Positions 1 to 9,259 of a stretch of 41,250 nt of DNA are shown piece by piece (position 1 is the stretch's first letter; each line of letters begins with the position of its first letter). The stretch comes from Candidatus Micrarchaeota archaeon (GTDB lineage Archaea; Micrarchaeota; Micrarchaeia; Micrarchaeales; CABMGC01). The translations under genes and the position numbers were made by a program. The stretch is taken from assembly GCA_021796295.1 (NCBI GenBank), contig JAJYIA010000002.1:1-41250 (forward strand), in the 5' to 3' direction. Under the pieces are notes generated by a model. That model was given only the letters and a program-made list of their open reading frames with translations, ran no database searches and was not told the origin of the DNA.

Positions 1-2
1 AA

Positions 3-158
3 TTGTGGTTCGCAATAATTGAGGGGCAATTACTAAGTAGAGGCAGTTTTGAAAGTAAGGAAGACATATCGGAGAAAATAATAAACTTTATAAAAGCGTA
101 CAATAAAACTTCGACAGCATTCAAATGGACTTACGACGCTAACCCACTTAGGATATAA
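3..158 (+). CDS. IS630-family transposase, C-terminal end only (the 5' part lies outside the window)
   Basis: Frame +3 reads LWFAIIEGQLLSRGSFESKEDISEKIINFIKAYNKTSTAFKWTYDANPLRI*. This matches the typical IS630/Tc1-mariner C-terminal tail (..RGSF.S.EDL...I..FI..YN....FKWTY). Confidence 0.65.
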   Translation: MWFAIIEGQLLSRGSFESKEDISEKIINFIKAYNKTSTAFKWTYDANPLRI

Positions 159-386
159 TTAAAGGTATTTAGCGGACTATCTACTAGCAGATTAAGGAAC
201 CTGAAACTCTTACTTGAGTTTCCATTCTTAACGTAGATATCAACGTCAAACATGTATGCCCCAACTAGATTCAATTAGGCATGTACCGGTCAAGATTAAG
301 TGCGGTGTAGATCTTATATCCCTCCGCTAAAGTTTTTCGGAACGAAAGTATCATAGAATTTCTCATCCTATACCAAAGCGGCGACA

Positions 387-585
387 GTGATGTTGGAAGA
401 AGACGGACCTCTTCTTCTCAAACTTGCAAAGGAGTGTAAGGGAGCAAAGGAGCATGACAGATATCTTGCACTTCATGCGGTGAGTGAAGGATACGGGATT
501 CAGTTGGTTGCAAAGATATTCTGCGTAGATGAGGACTCCATCTACGGGTGGATAAATAGATGGAAGGAGGAACGGAACCTTGCAG
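387..585 (+). pseudogene. IS630-family transposase N-terminal HTH fragment, truncated at about 575-590
   Basis: The 69-aa ORF contains KEHDRYLALHAVSEGYGIQLVAKIFCVDEDSIYGWINRWKEE, an HTH followed by W..R..EEG as in IS630 N-termini. No DDE domain follows. It runs into the IS110 fragment on the opposite strand. Confidence 0.5.
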
Positions 586-975
586 CCTATGTCTGACCTT
601 TGCCCTGTAGTCTCTTGCGTCTTTCGGAGGCACATATGCTTCGTATATCTCATCTGCGCGGTGTTTTTCTGCCAATCTCAACGAGTCCCATTTGTCCGTC
701 TTTTTTCCAGATTCATTCAATTTCGTTTGTGAAGGGTTTGCCACTTTTATGACATTACACCTTTCTACAAGATAGTCGTAAAGGCCGTACCAAATGCCAC
801 ATGCCTCCATCACGACGTTCAGGCATACTTTAGGTATGCCCATAAAGAACCGTTCCACTGCTTCTTCAGTGCACGGAATCTTCGCCTCCTCGATCACGTT
901 CTTATTCTCGTCTATCATAGTGGCGTATATCCACTTCGTTCCCAGATCCAGTCCGACATAGTATTGTTGGTCCAT
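586..975 (-). pseudogene. IS110-family transposase N-terminal (DEDD/RuvC-like) fragment, about 130 aa
   Basis: MDQQYYVGLDLGTKWIYATMIDENKNVIEEAKIP...VVMEACGIWYGLYDYL...KTDKWDSLRLAEKHRADEIYEAYVPPKDARDYRAKVRHR matches the IS110 N-terminal domain pattern. After about aa 130 the frame becomes low-quality readthrough. Confidence 0.75.
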
Positions 976-1099
976 AGAGACACCAGTTAAACATTAAACC
1001 GATGTCCAATAAAGGATCCGTTCTCATACCAGCAAGTACAAAGATTCTTAATTTGTCAAGTTCCTAATATAACATGTCCATACAGCCGGTGGTTTTGCA

Positions 1100-1684
1100 A
1101 TGGCAGTTTCAAAGGCGATGGAAATAAAATTTATCACCTCTAACAAAGCCAAGATTGCCACAGCGAGGATGGTGCTTGGGGAATACGGCATTTCGGTGAA
1201 GCAGAGAAAGGCAGGAATAGAGGAATTGCAGCATATCGATGTCAAAAAAGTGGCAATACATAAGGCAAAGGAAGCGCTTAAGGCTTTCGGCTCGATGTTT
1301 TTGGTCGAAGATTCTGGACTCTATGTAGATGCGTGGAACGGTTTTCCCGGGGCCCTGCTCAAGCCCACAATAGACGCAGTGGGCGAAGGCGGATTGCTGA
1401 ATATGCTGAACGGCAAGAGAAGAACCGCAACTTTTATGTGCGTAGCTGTACTTTACCGGCCCCGCATCGGATTCAGGACATTTGAATTTCCGGTAAAAGG
1501 CACACTTTCCAGAAAGCTCAGGGGCAGGAAAATAGAGGGTTGGGCAGTAGACAGGATCTTCGTTCCCAACAGGTACAGAAAGACAATCGCGGAGATGAGC
1601 CTTCCGGAATACGAGGAGTACATAAGGGGAAGCAACAGCCATTACGGAAAAGTGGCAAGATATCTCATGCACAGGCGTACCTGA
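1100..1684 (+). CDS. Non-canonical purine NTP pyrophosphatase (Ham1/RdgB/ITPase family)
   Basis: IKFITSNKAK...E....D..K...KA..A...FLVEDSGLYVDAWNGFPGAL are Ham1 motifs. An alternative start is at 1118. Confidence 0.85.
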   Translation: MAVSKAMEIKFITSNKAKIATARMVLGEYGISVKQRKAGIEELQHIDVKKVAIHKAKEALKAFGSMFLVEDSGLYVDAWNGFPGALLKPTIDAVGEGGLLNMLNGKRRTATFMCVAVLYRPRIGFRTFEFPVKGTLSRKLRGRKIEGWAVDRIFVPNRYRKTIAEMSLPEYEEYIRGSNSHYGKVARYLMHRRT

Positions 1685-1701
1685 GCATACCGTATGCTGC
1701 A

Positions 1702-2028
1702 TCAGAGGTTTTTGTTTCTTTTGAAGGTATCTTGACTCCTCTTTTCGATTTCTTCCTTTCTGTCGCTGGCATTTATAGAGTATGCAGCAGATAAGGCAAC
1801 AGCTACACTTCCTGCAAGAATGTCAGAAATTGCCATAGGAATCGTAGGGTGAACCTTCTGCAAATACATATAATACAGGCCCCCTTCTGATGCTACAGAG
1901 GAGAATGCGATCCCGACAATGCCGTAAATAACACGGCGCTGTTCTCTCCTGATTGCAGCCATGAGAATCTCTTTCCTCCTGCTATCGGCAGGGATCGATG
2001 CAGGCATGCGTTTTTTCTCTACGTTCAT
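1702..2028 (-). CDS. Hypothetical small membrane protein
   Basis: 108-aa ORF with two hydrophobic segments. It fills the gap between the ITPase gene and tRNA-Arg. No family recognised. Confidence 0.4.
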   Translation of the reverse strand: MNVEKKRMPASIPADSRRKEILMAAIRREQRRVIYGIVGIAFSSVASEGGLYYMYLQKVHPTIPMAISDILAGSVAVALSAAYSINASDRKEEIEKRSQDTFKRNKNL

Positions 2029-2102
2029 GCTGAGTACTTCATAACGGTTTTCAGGAATTTTGATTTTCCCTTTTTCACTTCGGGTGAATGCAAATTATTA
2101 AA

Positions 2103-2177
2103 CGGACACGGCGGGATTTGAACCCGCAACTAACAGCTCCGCAAGCTGCCGTGCTATCCAAGTTACACCACGTGTCC
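2103..2177 (-). tRNA. tRNA-Arg (anticodon GCG)
   Basis: The reverse complement GGACACG-TG-GTGT..AGCAC-G-GCAGC-TTGCGGA-GCTGT-TAGT-TGCGG-GTTCAAATC-CCGCC-GTGTCC-G folds as a cloverleaf. The anticodon loop is TT-GCG-GA. Confidence 0.85.
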
Positions 2178-2346
2178 TCACTATGCTATTATTTTTGCTT
2201 GCAGGTTTTATATGTCTTGCGTGCTGCGGCCAGGCATGTTGGGTGGCAAATGCAAAGGCATATAAGCATTTCTTGGCATTATTTACTTCACTTCCTTACT
2301 TTACAGGCAAGGCAATGGATCGTTTTAACGACTTAATGGCGATATT

Positions 2347-2514
2347 ATGACTTCGCTTCTTGGAAAGGTTTGCACATCATGCGGCAGGCTCACCGACAGC
2401 TATGCGTCGTTCAAGTGCCCGGGCTGCGGAGGAGATATGATAATAAGGTGCAATGAGTGCAGGAAGACCAGGACACGGTACAGATGCACCAAATGTAATT
2501 TCGAGGGACCGTAA
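2347..2514 (+). CDS. Zn-ribbon protein (COG2888-like), 55 aa, not in the ORF track
   Basis: MTSLLGKVCTSCGRLTDSYASFKCPGCGGDMIIRCNECRKTRTRYRCTKCNFEGP has four CxxC pairs. Its stop overlaps the aEF-1beta start (TAATG). A Zn-ribbon gene upstream of aEF-1beta is a conserved archaeal gene pair. Confidence 0.6.
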   Translation: MTSLLGKVCTSCGRLTDSYASFKCPGCGGDMIIRCNECRKTRTRYRCTKCNFEGP

Positions 2515-2759
2515 TGGGAAATGTTGCAACGCTGTTCAAGGTGTATGTTGAAAACGGCAGGGAGGACGAGGTAAGCAAAAAGATAAAGGAGGAGCTTAAG
2601 CCCAAGAGCATGCAGCTTGAGGAAATAGCCTTTGGCATAAAGGTCGTGAAGGTGCTCTTTGTGCATGAGGATACGCTTGGCAGCGCAGAGCTTGAGGAGA
2701 AGCTCAAGGCGATAAGCGGGGTAAGCGAGGCTGAAGTTGCAGAAGAAAGCCTGCTCTGA
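2514..2759 (+). CDS. Elongation factor 1-beta (aEF-1beta)
   Basis: 81 aa: MGNVATLFKVYVE...LEEIAFGIKVVKVLFVHED..GSAELEEKLKAISGVSEAEV. The size and the AFG(I/L)K motif are typical of aEF-1beta. Confidence 0.85.
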   Translation: MGNVATLFKVYVENGREDEVSKKIKEELKPKSMQLEEIAFGIKVVKVLFVHEDTLGSAELEEKLKAISGVSEAEVAEESLL

Positions 2760-2855
2760 GCCTTATCTCTGCATTGGCTTATCCGTAAAGCGGAATTTCA
2801 GAATGTAGGATTGGTTTACTGATTAATGCCTGCATCAACGCAGCACCGATTGGGC

Positions 2856-4079
2856 TCAGTTCCTGATGTTTACCCTATCTGTTTTTTTCTTTTGGGTTTC
2901 AACGCCGTTGCGCAGAGTATCCTTGACATTCCGCCTTTCAGGAGGGCCTTTAGTTACCGCATTGTTAGGCATACCTTCCGATCCCCTCAATATGGCCTTT
3001 TCCCTTCGTATCCTCTCTGACCCCTGTCGCATATTTTCAAGGCCCCTCTTTAGTATGGCGTTTAACTCACGTCCCTTCGCCTCTCTTGTGGCAGAGCTTA
3101 GTCCCACGTTCAATATATCCTTAAGCAGATATTTCAGGTTGTCTTCCTCCTTGTTTAATGGCAATACAGCCATATTTGCATATGAAAACGCATTCTTTTC
3201 GGCTTTGTTAGATATGGAAGGGTCTGCGCCGTTGATTATAAGGTTCTTCATGACAATCAGGCGTTTTTTAAGGAGGTCTCGCTGGGCCGCTGCATTGCTG
3301 TCTGTGCTCGCAGCAACCTGGGTTGCATATATAACAGCAGTATTGCCTTTTGAGTCCTGCCGGTTTATGCTCTTGATAACGCTCTGATTCTGAAGGAGTA
3401 CGTTAACCACTCCGTACTGTTTGCTTAGTATTTTCTGCATAAGAAGAGATGAACCTGACTTATTTACATGGGCGGGATCTGCGCCGGAAGCAATGAGCTT
3501 CTTGAAATTTTCCAGTCGGTAGGCATTCGGGGTGGAAGCTATGCCCAGGGCATAGGAAAGTGCCGTGTTGCCGCTTGTGTCCTCGTGGTTTATCGTCTTC
3601 GTGATTGAAGGCACGGTGCGCATATAATCAAGGATTTTAGTATTGCCTGAGAATGCAGCCCACATCAAGCCCGTGCCTTTGCCCCGGTCCTCTGCATCTG
3701 TTTTTATGCCTTTGTCTATCACATACTTAAGCAGCGTTATGTCCCTCTCCCTGATTGAATGCTGTACTACGCGTATGAAGAGAGGAAAACTGTGTTCGTC
3801 TTTTGCATTTAGATGTGCCTTCTCTTTAAGCGCCTTTCCAAATTTTATAATGTTATCATTTTCCAGAACATCCAGAAACTCGAGGCTGGACTTAAATCCA
3901 ACACGCTTTCTGATTTCAATATCCCTATCGGTGGCATAGAATAAGGCAAGGTCTGGCGAGCGGGCCAGAAATCCATTGAAGATCTTTTCAGAACTTTCAA
4001 GCTCAGCATTGAAACTTCGTTCTGAGTCCTTTTGAAGGGGCTTGCCGCTGTCAGACCCAAGTGGCTGCGCTGGTTGCAT
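2856..4079 (-). CDS. Ankyrin-repeat protein with a basic C-terminal tail
   Basis: Repeats are recognisable by eye: GKGTGLMWAAFSGNTKILDYM; TSGNTALSYALG...LIASGADPAHVNKSGSSLL; DSKGNTAVIYAT...LIINGADPSISNKAEKNAFSYA. There is no signal peptide. The C-terminal ~60 aa are K/R-rich. Confidence 0.8.
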   Translation of the reverse strand: MQPAQPLGSDSGKPLQKDSERSFNAELESSEKIFNGFLARSPDLALFYATDRDIEIRKRVGFKSSLEFLDVLENDNIIKFGKALKEKAHLNAKDEHSFPLFIRVVQHSIRERDITLLKYVIDKGIKTDAEDRGKGTGLMWAAFSGNTKILDYMRTVPSITKTINHEDTSGNTALSYALGIASTPNAYRLENFKKLIASGADPAHVNKSGSSLLMQKILSKQYGVVNVLLQNQSVIKSINRQDSKGNTAVIYATQVAASTDSNAAAQRDLLKKRLIVMKNLIINGADPSISNKAEKNAFSYANMAVLPLNKEEDNLKYLLKDILNVGLSSATREAKGRELNAILKRGLENMRQGSERIRREKAILRGSEGMPNNAVTKGPPERRNVKDTLRNGVETQKKKTDRVNIRN

Positions 4080-4328
4080 TTCACTACCAATTTTTACGCG
4101 TTTGCACTTTATTCTGGATTACCTGCTGCGTACGCACAGAAAAGCGCCAGCATCGGAGAAGTTGTTTTCCGCACCGTCCAAGCAATTAGACTTCTTGAAT
4201 AACCAGTCTTAGATTCAGGGCACTACGTGCGCACCAAGAATGCAAGCAAACCATTACTATCGTGCCATAGTATTATTGCATATAAGATTTAATAAATAGT
4301 AGGTTTAGGATTGACTTAAAGCGTATAG

Positions 4329-5504
4329 CTATTTCGCAGCTATGCCTTCGAGCCTCCCAAGCGCCTCCCTTATTCTGCTTACAGGCTGCGTGAGCGCAAA
4401 CCTCACAAAGCCCTCTCCGGATGCACCGAAGCCGCTGCCAGGCGTTATTACCACACCCTTCTCAAGGGCCTTTTCAGCAAAGGCGGCAGAGGTAAGCTCG
4501 GTCTCCCTTATGGAAAGCCATATGTAAAATGTGGCCTCGGGCTTGGCAGGATGGAAGCCTATACCCTCAAGGCCTTTGAGCATTACATCTCTCCTCTCTT
4601 TGTATTCGCGCATGTTTTTCTCCACCTCATCGGGCCTTAAGCTGTTCTTGTAGCTTTCAAGTGCAGCAACGCCTGCGCGCTGTATGTATATTGGTGCTCC
4701 GGAGTCTATGTTAGACTTTATCTTCTTAAGTCCGGTTATGGCTTCTTTGTCGCCCACAGCGAAGCCCAGTCTGTCACCAGTCATGCAAAATGTCTTCGAC
4801 AGCGAATGGAACTCTATGGCATTCTTTGTGTATTTTAATATCGAAGGAGAAACATAACCGTCGAATGTGAATTCAGAATAGGCATTGTCGTAGGCAAGCA
4901 GTATGCCGTGCCTTTCGACAAACTCCGCAGTCTCCTTAAGAAAGCTCTCAGGCGCTATGGCTCCTGTAGGCATATTGGGATAATTCAGATATAGGAGCTT
5001 TGATTTCTTTAGAATGTCTTTTGGTATGGTGTCATAATCAGGCAGGAAGCTCTTCTCTTCTTCCAGCCTTATGGGGCACTGCACCCCGTCGCAGAGAATC
5101 GTTGCGCCGTTTGCATAGACGCTGTAGCCTGGATCAGGATAAAGGACGGTGTCGCCTATCCCTACAAAGGCCCTTGCCACATTTGCAAGGCCCTCTTTGG
5201 AGCCTATCAGCGTGCAGACCTCGCTCGAAGGATCCGCATCCACGCCGAATCTTCTCGACATCCATGCAGAGGCGGCCTCGCGGAACCAAGGCTCACCGGC
5301 TGATGTCGGGTAATTGTGATTCTTTGCATCAAGGGCAGCCTCTGCAAGAGCCCTTCTCACAAATTCAGGCGCAGGAAGGTCGGGGTCGCCTATGGCAAGC
5401 GAAATGACATCTACGCCTGACCGCCTCATCTCTACAATTCTCTCCTCGAGCCTTGCGAAAAGGTAAGGCTCAATGCGCTTTGCTCGTTCTGCCAATTCAA
5501 ACAT
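4329..5504 (-). CDS. dapL: Class I/II PLP aminotransferase, probably LL-diaminopimelate aminotransferase (DapL-type)
   Basis: The N-terminus RIEPYLFARLEE, then LAIGDPDLP, NYPNMPTG and SLSKTFCMTGDRLGF (PLP lysine). It lies immediately downstream of lysA on the same strand. Confidence 0.65.
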   Translation of the reverse strand: MFELAERAKRIEPYLFARLEERIVEMRRSGVDVISLAIGDPDLPAPEFVRRALAEAALDAKNHNYPTSAGEPWFREAASAWMSRRFGVDADPSSEVCTLIGSKEGLANVARAFVGIGDTVLYPDPGYSVYANGATILCDGVQCPIRLEEEKSFLPDYDTIPKDILKKSKLLYLNYPNMPTGAIAPESFLKETAEFVERHGILLAYDNAYSEFTFDGYVSPSILKYTKNAIEFHSLSKTFCMTGDRLGFAVGDKEAITGLKKIKSNIDSGAPIYIQRAGVAALESYKNSLRPDEVEKNMREYKERRDVMLKGLEGIGFHPAKPEATFYIWLSIRETELTSAAFAEKALEKGVVITPGSGFGASGEGFVRFALTQPVSRIREALGRLEGIAAK

Positions 5505-5517
5505 ACAATCACAGCTC

Positions 5518-6870
5518 TTATATGATTTGCTCCTGCCTTGATCCGCTATCGCTTATAAGGTGCGAAGGCATGTGCACCTTGCTTATCAGGTCAAGTGTAC
5601 TCTCGCGCTCGCGTATGAGCTCTGCGGAGCCGCTGCTGCAGAGGACCTCAGCTGCGCGCGGCCTCGAGTTGTACTGGCTGCTCATCCCAAAGCCGTATGC
5701 ACCTGCATTGAGCATCACAAGAAGGTCGCCTTCCTTTACATCGCCAGGAAGCTGCCTATCCTTTGCGAACTGGTCTGTGTTCTCGCAGACCTGGCCGCAT
5801 ATGTTGTAATATGAAAGCTGGCCTCTATGCTGCCCTAATGCTGCATTCGAGGAATCTGCTTTGCCCTCTACAAAGATATGGTGGTATGCACCGTAGAGGG
5901 CAGGCCTGAGAAGCGTATTCATGCCCGCGTCGCAGCCTATAAACCTCTTCGATGCCTCTTTTATTGTAGTGACCTTTGCAATGAGTATTCCGGCATCTCC
6001 TACGAGATAGCGTCCAGGCTCGATCCTTAGCTCTGGCTCTCCAAGCCTGTGCTCGCTGCATTTCTCCTTGAATACAGAAACTATGCTGCTTGCAACCCTA
6101 TTTATGTCAAGCTCCTCCTCTCCGGGCTTGTAGGGTATGCCGAAGCCGCCGCCTATGTTTACGAATGAGAAGGCTATGCCTGCATTCTCAGCTATACTGC
6201 CTGCTATATCGAGAAGCCTTGCTGTGATCTCGGGGAAGTACTGCCCATCAAGTATGTTAGAGCCAGTCATCATGTGTATGCCAAAGCGCCTTGTGCCGAG
6301 ACCTTTTGCAAGCGCATACGCCTCGGCTGCCCTCTCGGCACTGATGCCGAACTTTGCGTCAGGGCCAGCGAAGACAAGCTTCTCCTCGCCGGACGAGCCC
6401 ATGCCGGGGTTAATCCTGAAGCAGAGCTCCTCCTGCGCCTTTATGCCTGAGACCCTTTGCACATGTGATATGTCATCGAGATTAAGCGTGGCTCCTGCCT
6501 CTATTGCATACCTGAATTCGTCATTCGAGTTGTAATTTCCGGTATAGAGCATATCCCTTACGCTGAAGCCTGCCATCCTGGCAAGCATGATCTCAGAAGG
6601 TGATGAGCAGTCTGCGCCTGCGCCCTCCTGCTGCAGTATGCGGAGCACTGCAGGGTTGTTGTTGGCCTTAACGGCATAGAATATCCTGAACTTTTTATAG
6701 TGCCCTGAGAATGCCCCATGCAGCTTTCTATAGTTTGACCTTATCCCTGCTTCCGAATATGCATATAACGGCGTCGAAAAGCGCTCTGCGAGGTCGCTGA
6801 CGCTGTTGCCATCGAAATAGAGCCTTCCTGCTTGCTCTGACAGCTGCTTCTCCAACTTCCACATGTTCAC
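5518..6870 (-). CDS. lysA: Diaminopimelate decarboxylase
   Basis: YAVKANNNPAVLRIL (PLP-Lys), GGGFGIPY, EPGRYLVGDAG and CGQVCENTD are Orn/DAP/Arg decarboxylase family 2 motifs. Confidence 0.9.
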   Translation of the reverse strand: MNMWKLEKQLSEQAGRLYFDGNSVSDLAERFSTPLYAYSEAGIRSNYRKLHGAFSGHYKKFRIFYAVKANNNPAVLRILQQEGAGADCSSPSEIMLARMAGFSVRDMLYTGNYNSNDEFRYAIEAGATLNLDDISHVQRVSGIKAQEELCFRINPGMGSSGEEKLVFAGPDAKFGISAERAAEAYALAKGLGTRRFGIHMMTGSNILDGQYFPEITARLLDIAGSIAENAGIAFSFVNIGGGFGIPYKPGEEELDINRVASSIVSVFKEKCSEHRLGEPELRIEPGRYLVGDAGILIAKVTTIKEASKRFIGCDAGMNTLLRPALYGAYHHIFVEGKADSSNAALGQHRGQLSYYNICGQVCENTDQFAKDRQLPGDVKEGDLLVMLNAGAYGFGMSSQYNSRPRAAEVLCSSGSAELIRERESTLDLISKVHMPSHLISDSGSRQEQII

Positions 6871-6961
6871 AACCTACCAGGTGCATTGCTGCACCATCCA
6901 ATACCTTACCGCCCAAGATATTTAAGGATATGCTTTTCGTATAAAAAATACGAAAAGCGTA

Positions 6962-7372
6962 TCAGACAAGCACAAAGGCTGTTGTCGTTGAGACGACTCC
7001 GTATGCCTTCCTTATCGCGTCTACGTCTGTATTTATCGATTCGGTGCTCGTAGCCTCGAGGTATGCCACTATGTCAAAAGTACCAGACACCTCATACACA
7101 TTCTTGACTGTTGGGAGAGATGCGATGCGCCTTGACGTGCTTGGAACTATCCTTTTGGCTTTTATGAAGACGAAGGCCTTTACCCTTCCAGAGTCGCCTT
7201 TAATCACGGTGAAGCCTTTTATCGCGCCGCTCTCAAGCATGGCCTTTACCCTTTTCCTGATAGTGCCTTCGGATACTCCAATGTCTTTGGCTATCTGAAG
7301 GAACGGTGTCCTAGAATCAGACTCAAGATGGGAGAGTATCTCTGTATCAATATTATCCATACCCATCCACAT
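6962..7372 (-). CDS. Lrp/AsnC-family transcriptional regulator
   Basis: DNIDTEILSHLESDSRTPFLQIAKDIGVSEGTIRKRVKAMLESGAIKGFTV is the HTH, followed by a RAM domain. The start may be at 7360. It sits upstream of the lysA-dapL pair. Confidence 0.85.
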   Translation of the reverse strand: MWMGMDNIDTEILSHLESDSRTPFLQIAKDIGVSEGTIRKRVKAMLESGAIKGFTVIKGDSGRVKAFVFIKAKRIVPSTSRRIASLPTVKNVYEVSGTFDIVAYLEATSTESINTDVDAIRKAYGVVSTTTAFVLV

Positions 7373-7431
7373 AGTATACTTTTGTCTGAATTAATATAAA
7401 GCTATTGCTACAGCAGGCTAAGACAGCGAGA

Positions 7432-7974
7432 TTATATCCTGCCTCTTGATTCGCCCCTCGCGACGCCGCTTGCGATGATGTGCGCGAGGCGCAGCAGCGA
7501 CTCTGCAGTATCAAGCATAGGCCTTACATCATCCATGTCTGCGCCTATGTGCTGCACATAAAAAGGGCCGTTCTTATGCACCCTTATCTCTTTGGAGAGC
7601 CTGTCAAAAAGCCGAAGCCTGCTGCCGTGCATAGGTCTGTTCAGTATAGCCTTTCTGAGAAGACCCTTCCTGGGCCGCTTCCTTGTCAGGGCGATGAAAG
7701 GCACGCCCAATGCCTTCTCTGCCATGCCTATGTCTACAAGGTTTAGGCCAGCGAAGGTTATGCCGTTTGTAGCAACAAGTCTTATCTGCTGGAGGAACCT
7801 CGAGGCACTTATGCTTTTCAGAAGCCTTGCTGTGGCATCGCTGCCGTCCACATCAACATAGAACGAGAGGATGCCTTCTATGACGTGGCTTCGCCCTACG
7901 ACACCTACGACAAACGACTTTCCGTTTTTGAACGAGGAATCATCGAAGGCCAGGATGCGCGAACCAGATTTCAT
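7432..7974 (-). CDS. DUF99/UPF0215 family protein (EndoV-like fold)
   Basis: ILAFDDSSF...VVGVVGRSHVIEGILSFYVDVDGSDATARLL...IRLVATNGITFAGLNLVD...GVPFIALTRKRP matches the UPF0215 pattern. Confidence 0.7.
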   Translation of the reverse strand: MKSGSRILAFDDSSFKNGKSFVVGVVGRSHVIEGILSFYVDVDGSDATARLLKSISASRFLQQIRLVATNGITFAGLNLVDIGMAEKALGVPFIALTRKRPRKGLLRKAILNRPMHGSRLRLFDRLSKEIRVHKNGPFYVQHIGADMDDVRPMLDTAESLLRLAHIIASGVARGESRGRI

Positions 7975-7982
7975 TAAGACAT

Positions 7983-8249
7983 CTACTTCTTTGGCATTTG
8001 GGATATGATCTCTTCTATGTCGTCTTCTACCTCTTTGAGAGCCTTTACAAAAAGCTGCTTCGCATTTCTTCTTGATTTTATTATAAGCTTAGGATTGCCT
8101 ACCTCGGGATGCTCTTTCACCACGCCTGCATATTCAACGTCCTTCTTCTCTGCCAGCTTCTCCCTTACAAGCTCAGGTATACCTCGGTCGGCATCTATGA
8201 ATTCAACTATGAAGTTCTTAGGCTCTTCTTCTATAATGTTTAATTTCAT
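7983..8249 (-). CDS. rpoL: DNA-directed RNA polymerase subunit L (Rpo11)
   Basis: The internal start gives MKLNIIEEEPKNFIVEFIDADRGIPELVREKLAEKKDVEYAGVVKEHPEVGNPKLIIKS.., 88 aa with the size and layout of archaeal RpoL. The upstream 62 aa of the tracked ORF look non-coding. Confidence 0.65.
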   Translation of the reverse strand: MKLNIIEEEPKNFIVEFIDADRGIPELVREKLAEKKDVEYAGVVKEHPEVGNPKLIIKSRRNAKQLFVKALKEVEDDIEEIISQMPKK

Positions 8250-8361
8250 TGAACCACTCCTGACATTTCTGCAATGTATACAGATTATATTCGCAGCATA
8301 ACAAATATATACTTGTTGCATATATGTAATCATGGAGTAGGCTTTCTTATGCTCCGGTGCT

Positions 8362-8781
8362 TTGATGAATATACGAGAAGTAGATGCCTCTGAGCTTGTC
8401 AGGGGCGCGGCTGATATGCTGATGAAGGCAGGCATTGAAAAGCCGGCATATGTTGAATACGTGAAAAGCTCGCCTTCAAGGGAGAGGAGCCCTGCAGAAG
8501 GTTCCTTCTGGTACTTGAGGTGTGCCTCGCTTCTGAGGCAGGTCTATCTGAACGGGCCGATAGGCATAAGCAGGCTCAGGATCAGATACGGCGGCAGAAA
8601 GAGGCATGTGGTGCACAGGCACCACAGCGTAAGGGCAGGAGGCAGCATTATAAAGGACGCGTTCGACGCGCTTGAAAGGCTCGGCTATGTCAAGAAGACG
8701 AAGAAGGGACGTGAGATAACGCCCAAAGGCATTTCATTCCTTGACAAGACAGCAAGCGCAATAGCTAAAGGCGGTGCTTAA
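8362..8781 (+). CDS. rps19e: 30S ribosomal protein eS19
   Basis: VDASELV...P.YVEYVKSSPSRERSP....FWYLRCASLLRQVYLNGPIGISRLRIRYGGRK...HH...AGGSIIKDAFDALERLGYV is the S19e signature. Confidence 0.9.
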   Translation: MMNIREVDASELVRGAADMLMKAGIEKPAYVEYVKSSPSRERSPAEGSFWYLRCASLLRQVYLNGPIGISRLRIRYGGRKRHVVHRHHSVRAGGSIIKDAFDALERLGYVKKTKKGREITPKGISFLDKTASAIAKGGA

Positions 8782-9091
8782 CGTGGCGGAAGATAGGCAG
8801 GAGAACGAGGATGAGAAGCTCAGGAGGCTGTATTCTAAGAGGCTTAGGGCCTTGCAGATAGAGCAGCAGAAAAAGGATCTTGCGAAGAGGTTCATGGATC
8901 CCGATGCGTATGAAAGACTTATGAACGTGCGCATATCAAACCATGAGCTATACGAGCAGCTTCTGGGGCTTGTAATAAACATGGTCCAGACAAACAGGCT
9001 GGGCTCGAAGCTCACAGACGAGCAGCTCAAGTCGCTGCTTGCGAAGCTTACATATAGGCCGGAGCCGAAGATAGAATACAGGCATAAATGA
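8774..9091 (+). CDS. PDCD5/TFAR19-like dsDNA-binding protein (COG2118)
   Basis: LRRLYSKRLRALQIEQQKKDLAKRFMDPDAYERLMNVRISNHELYEQLLGLVINMVQTNRLGSKLTDEQLKSLLAKL. GTG start at 8774 or 8783. This is the conserved position between S19e and L39e. Confidence 0.7.
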   Translation: MLNVAEDRQENEDEKLRRLYSKRLRALQIEQQKKDLAKRFMDPDAYERLMNVRISNHELYEQLLGLVINMVQTNRLGSKLTDEQLKSLLAKLTYRPEPKIEYRHK

Positions 9092-9258
9092 GTGATAAAA
9101 TGAGCAAGAAGAGCATGACGAAGAAGCTTATGCTTGGTAAGAGGAATAAGCAGAACAGGCGCATACCCGTGCTTGCCGTGCTCAGAACGCACAGGCGCCT
9201 GGAGTACAACTACCTGAAGCGCAGCTGGCGCAGGAAAAAGCTCAGGATAAAGGGATAG
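9088..9258 (+). CDS. rpl39e: 50S ribosomal protein eL39 (56 aa, not in the ORF track)
   Basis: MSDKMSKKSMTKKLMLGKRNKQNRRIPVLAVLRTHRRLEYNYLKRSWRRKKLRIKG fits the L39e pattern (..K.rL.k..kqNrriP.w....t.r.......rR.WRR.KL). An alternative start is at 9100. Confidence 0.8.
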   Translation: MSDKMSKKSMTKKLMLGKRNKQNRRIPVLAVLRTHRRLEYNYLKRSWRRKKLRIKG

Positions 9259-9259
9259 C

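Noticed and set aside
1109-1702. 197-aa minus-strand ORF
   Set aside because: It is antisense to the well-supported Ham1/ITPase gene and has no recognisable motifs.
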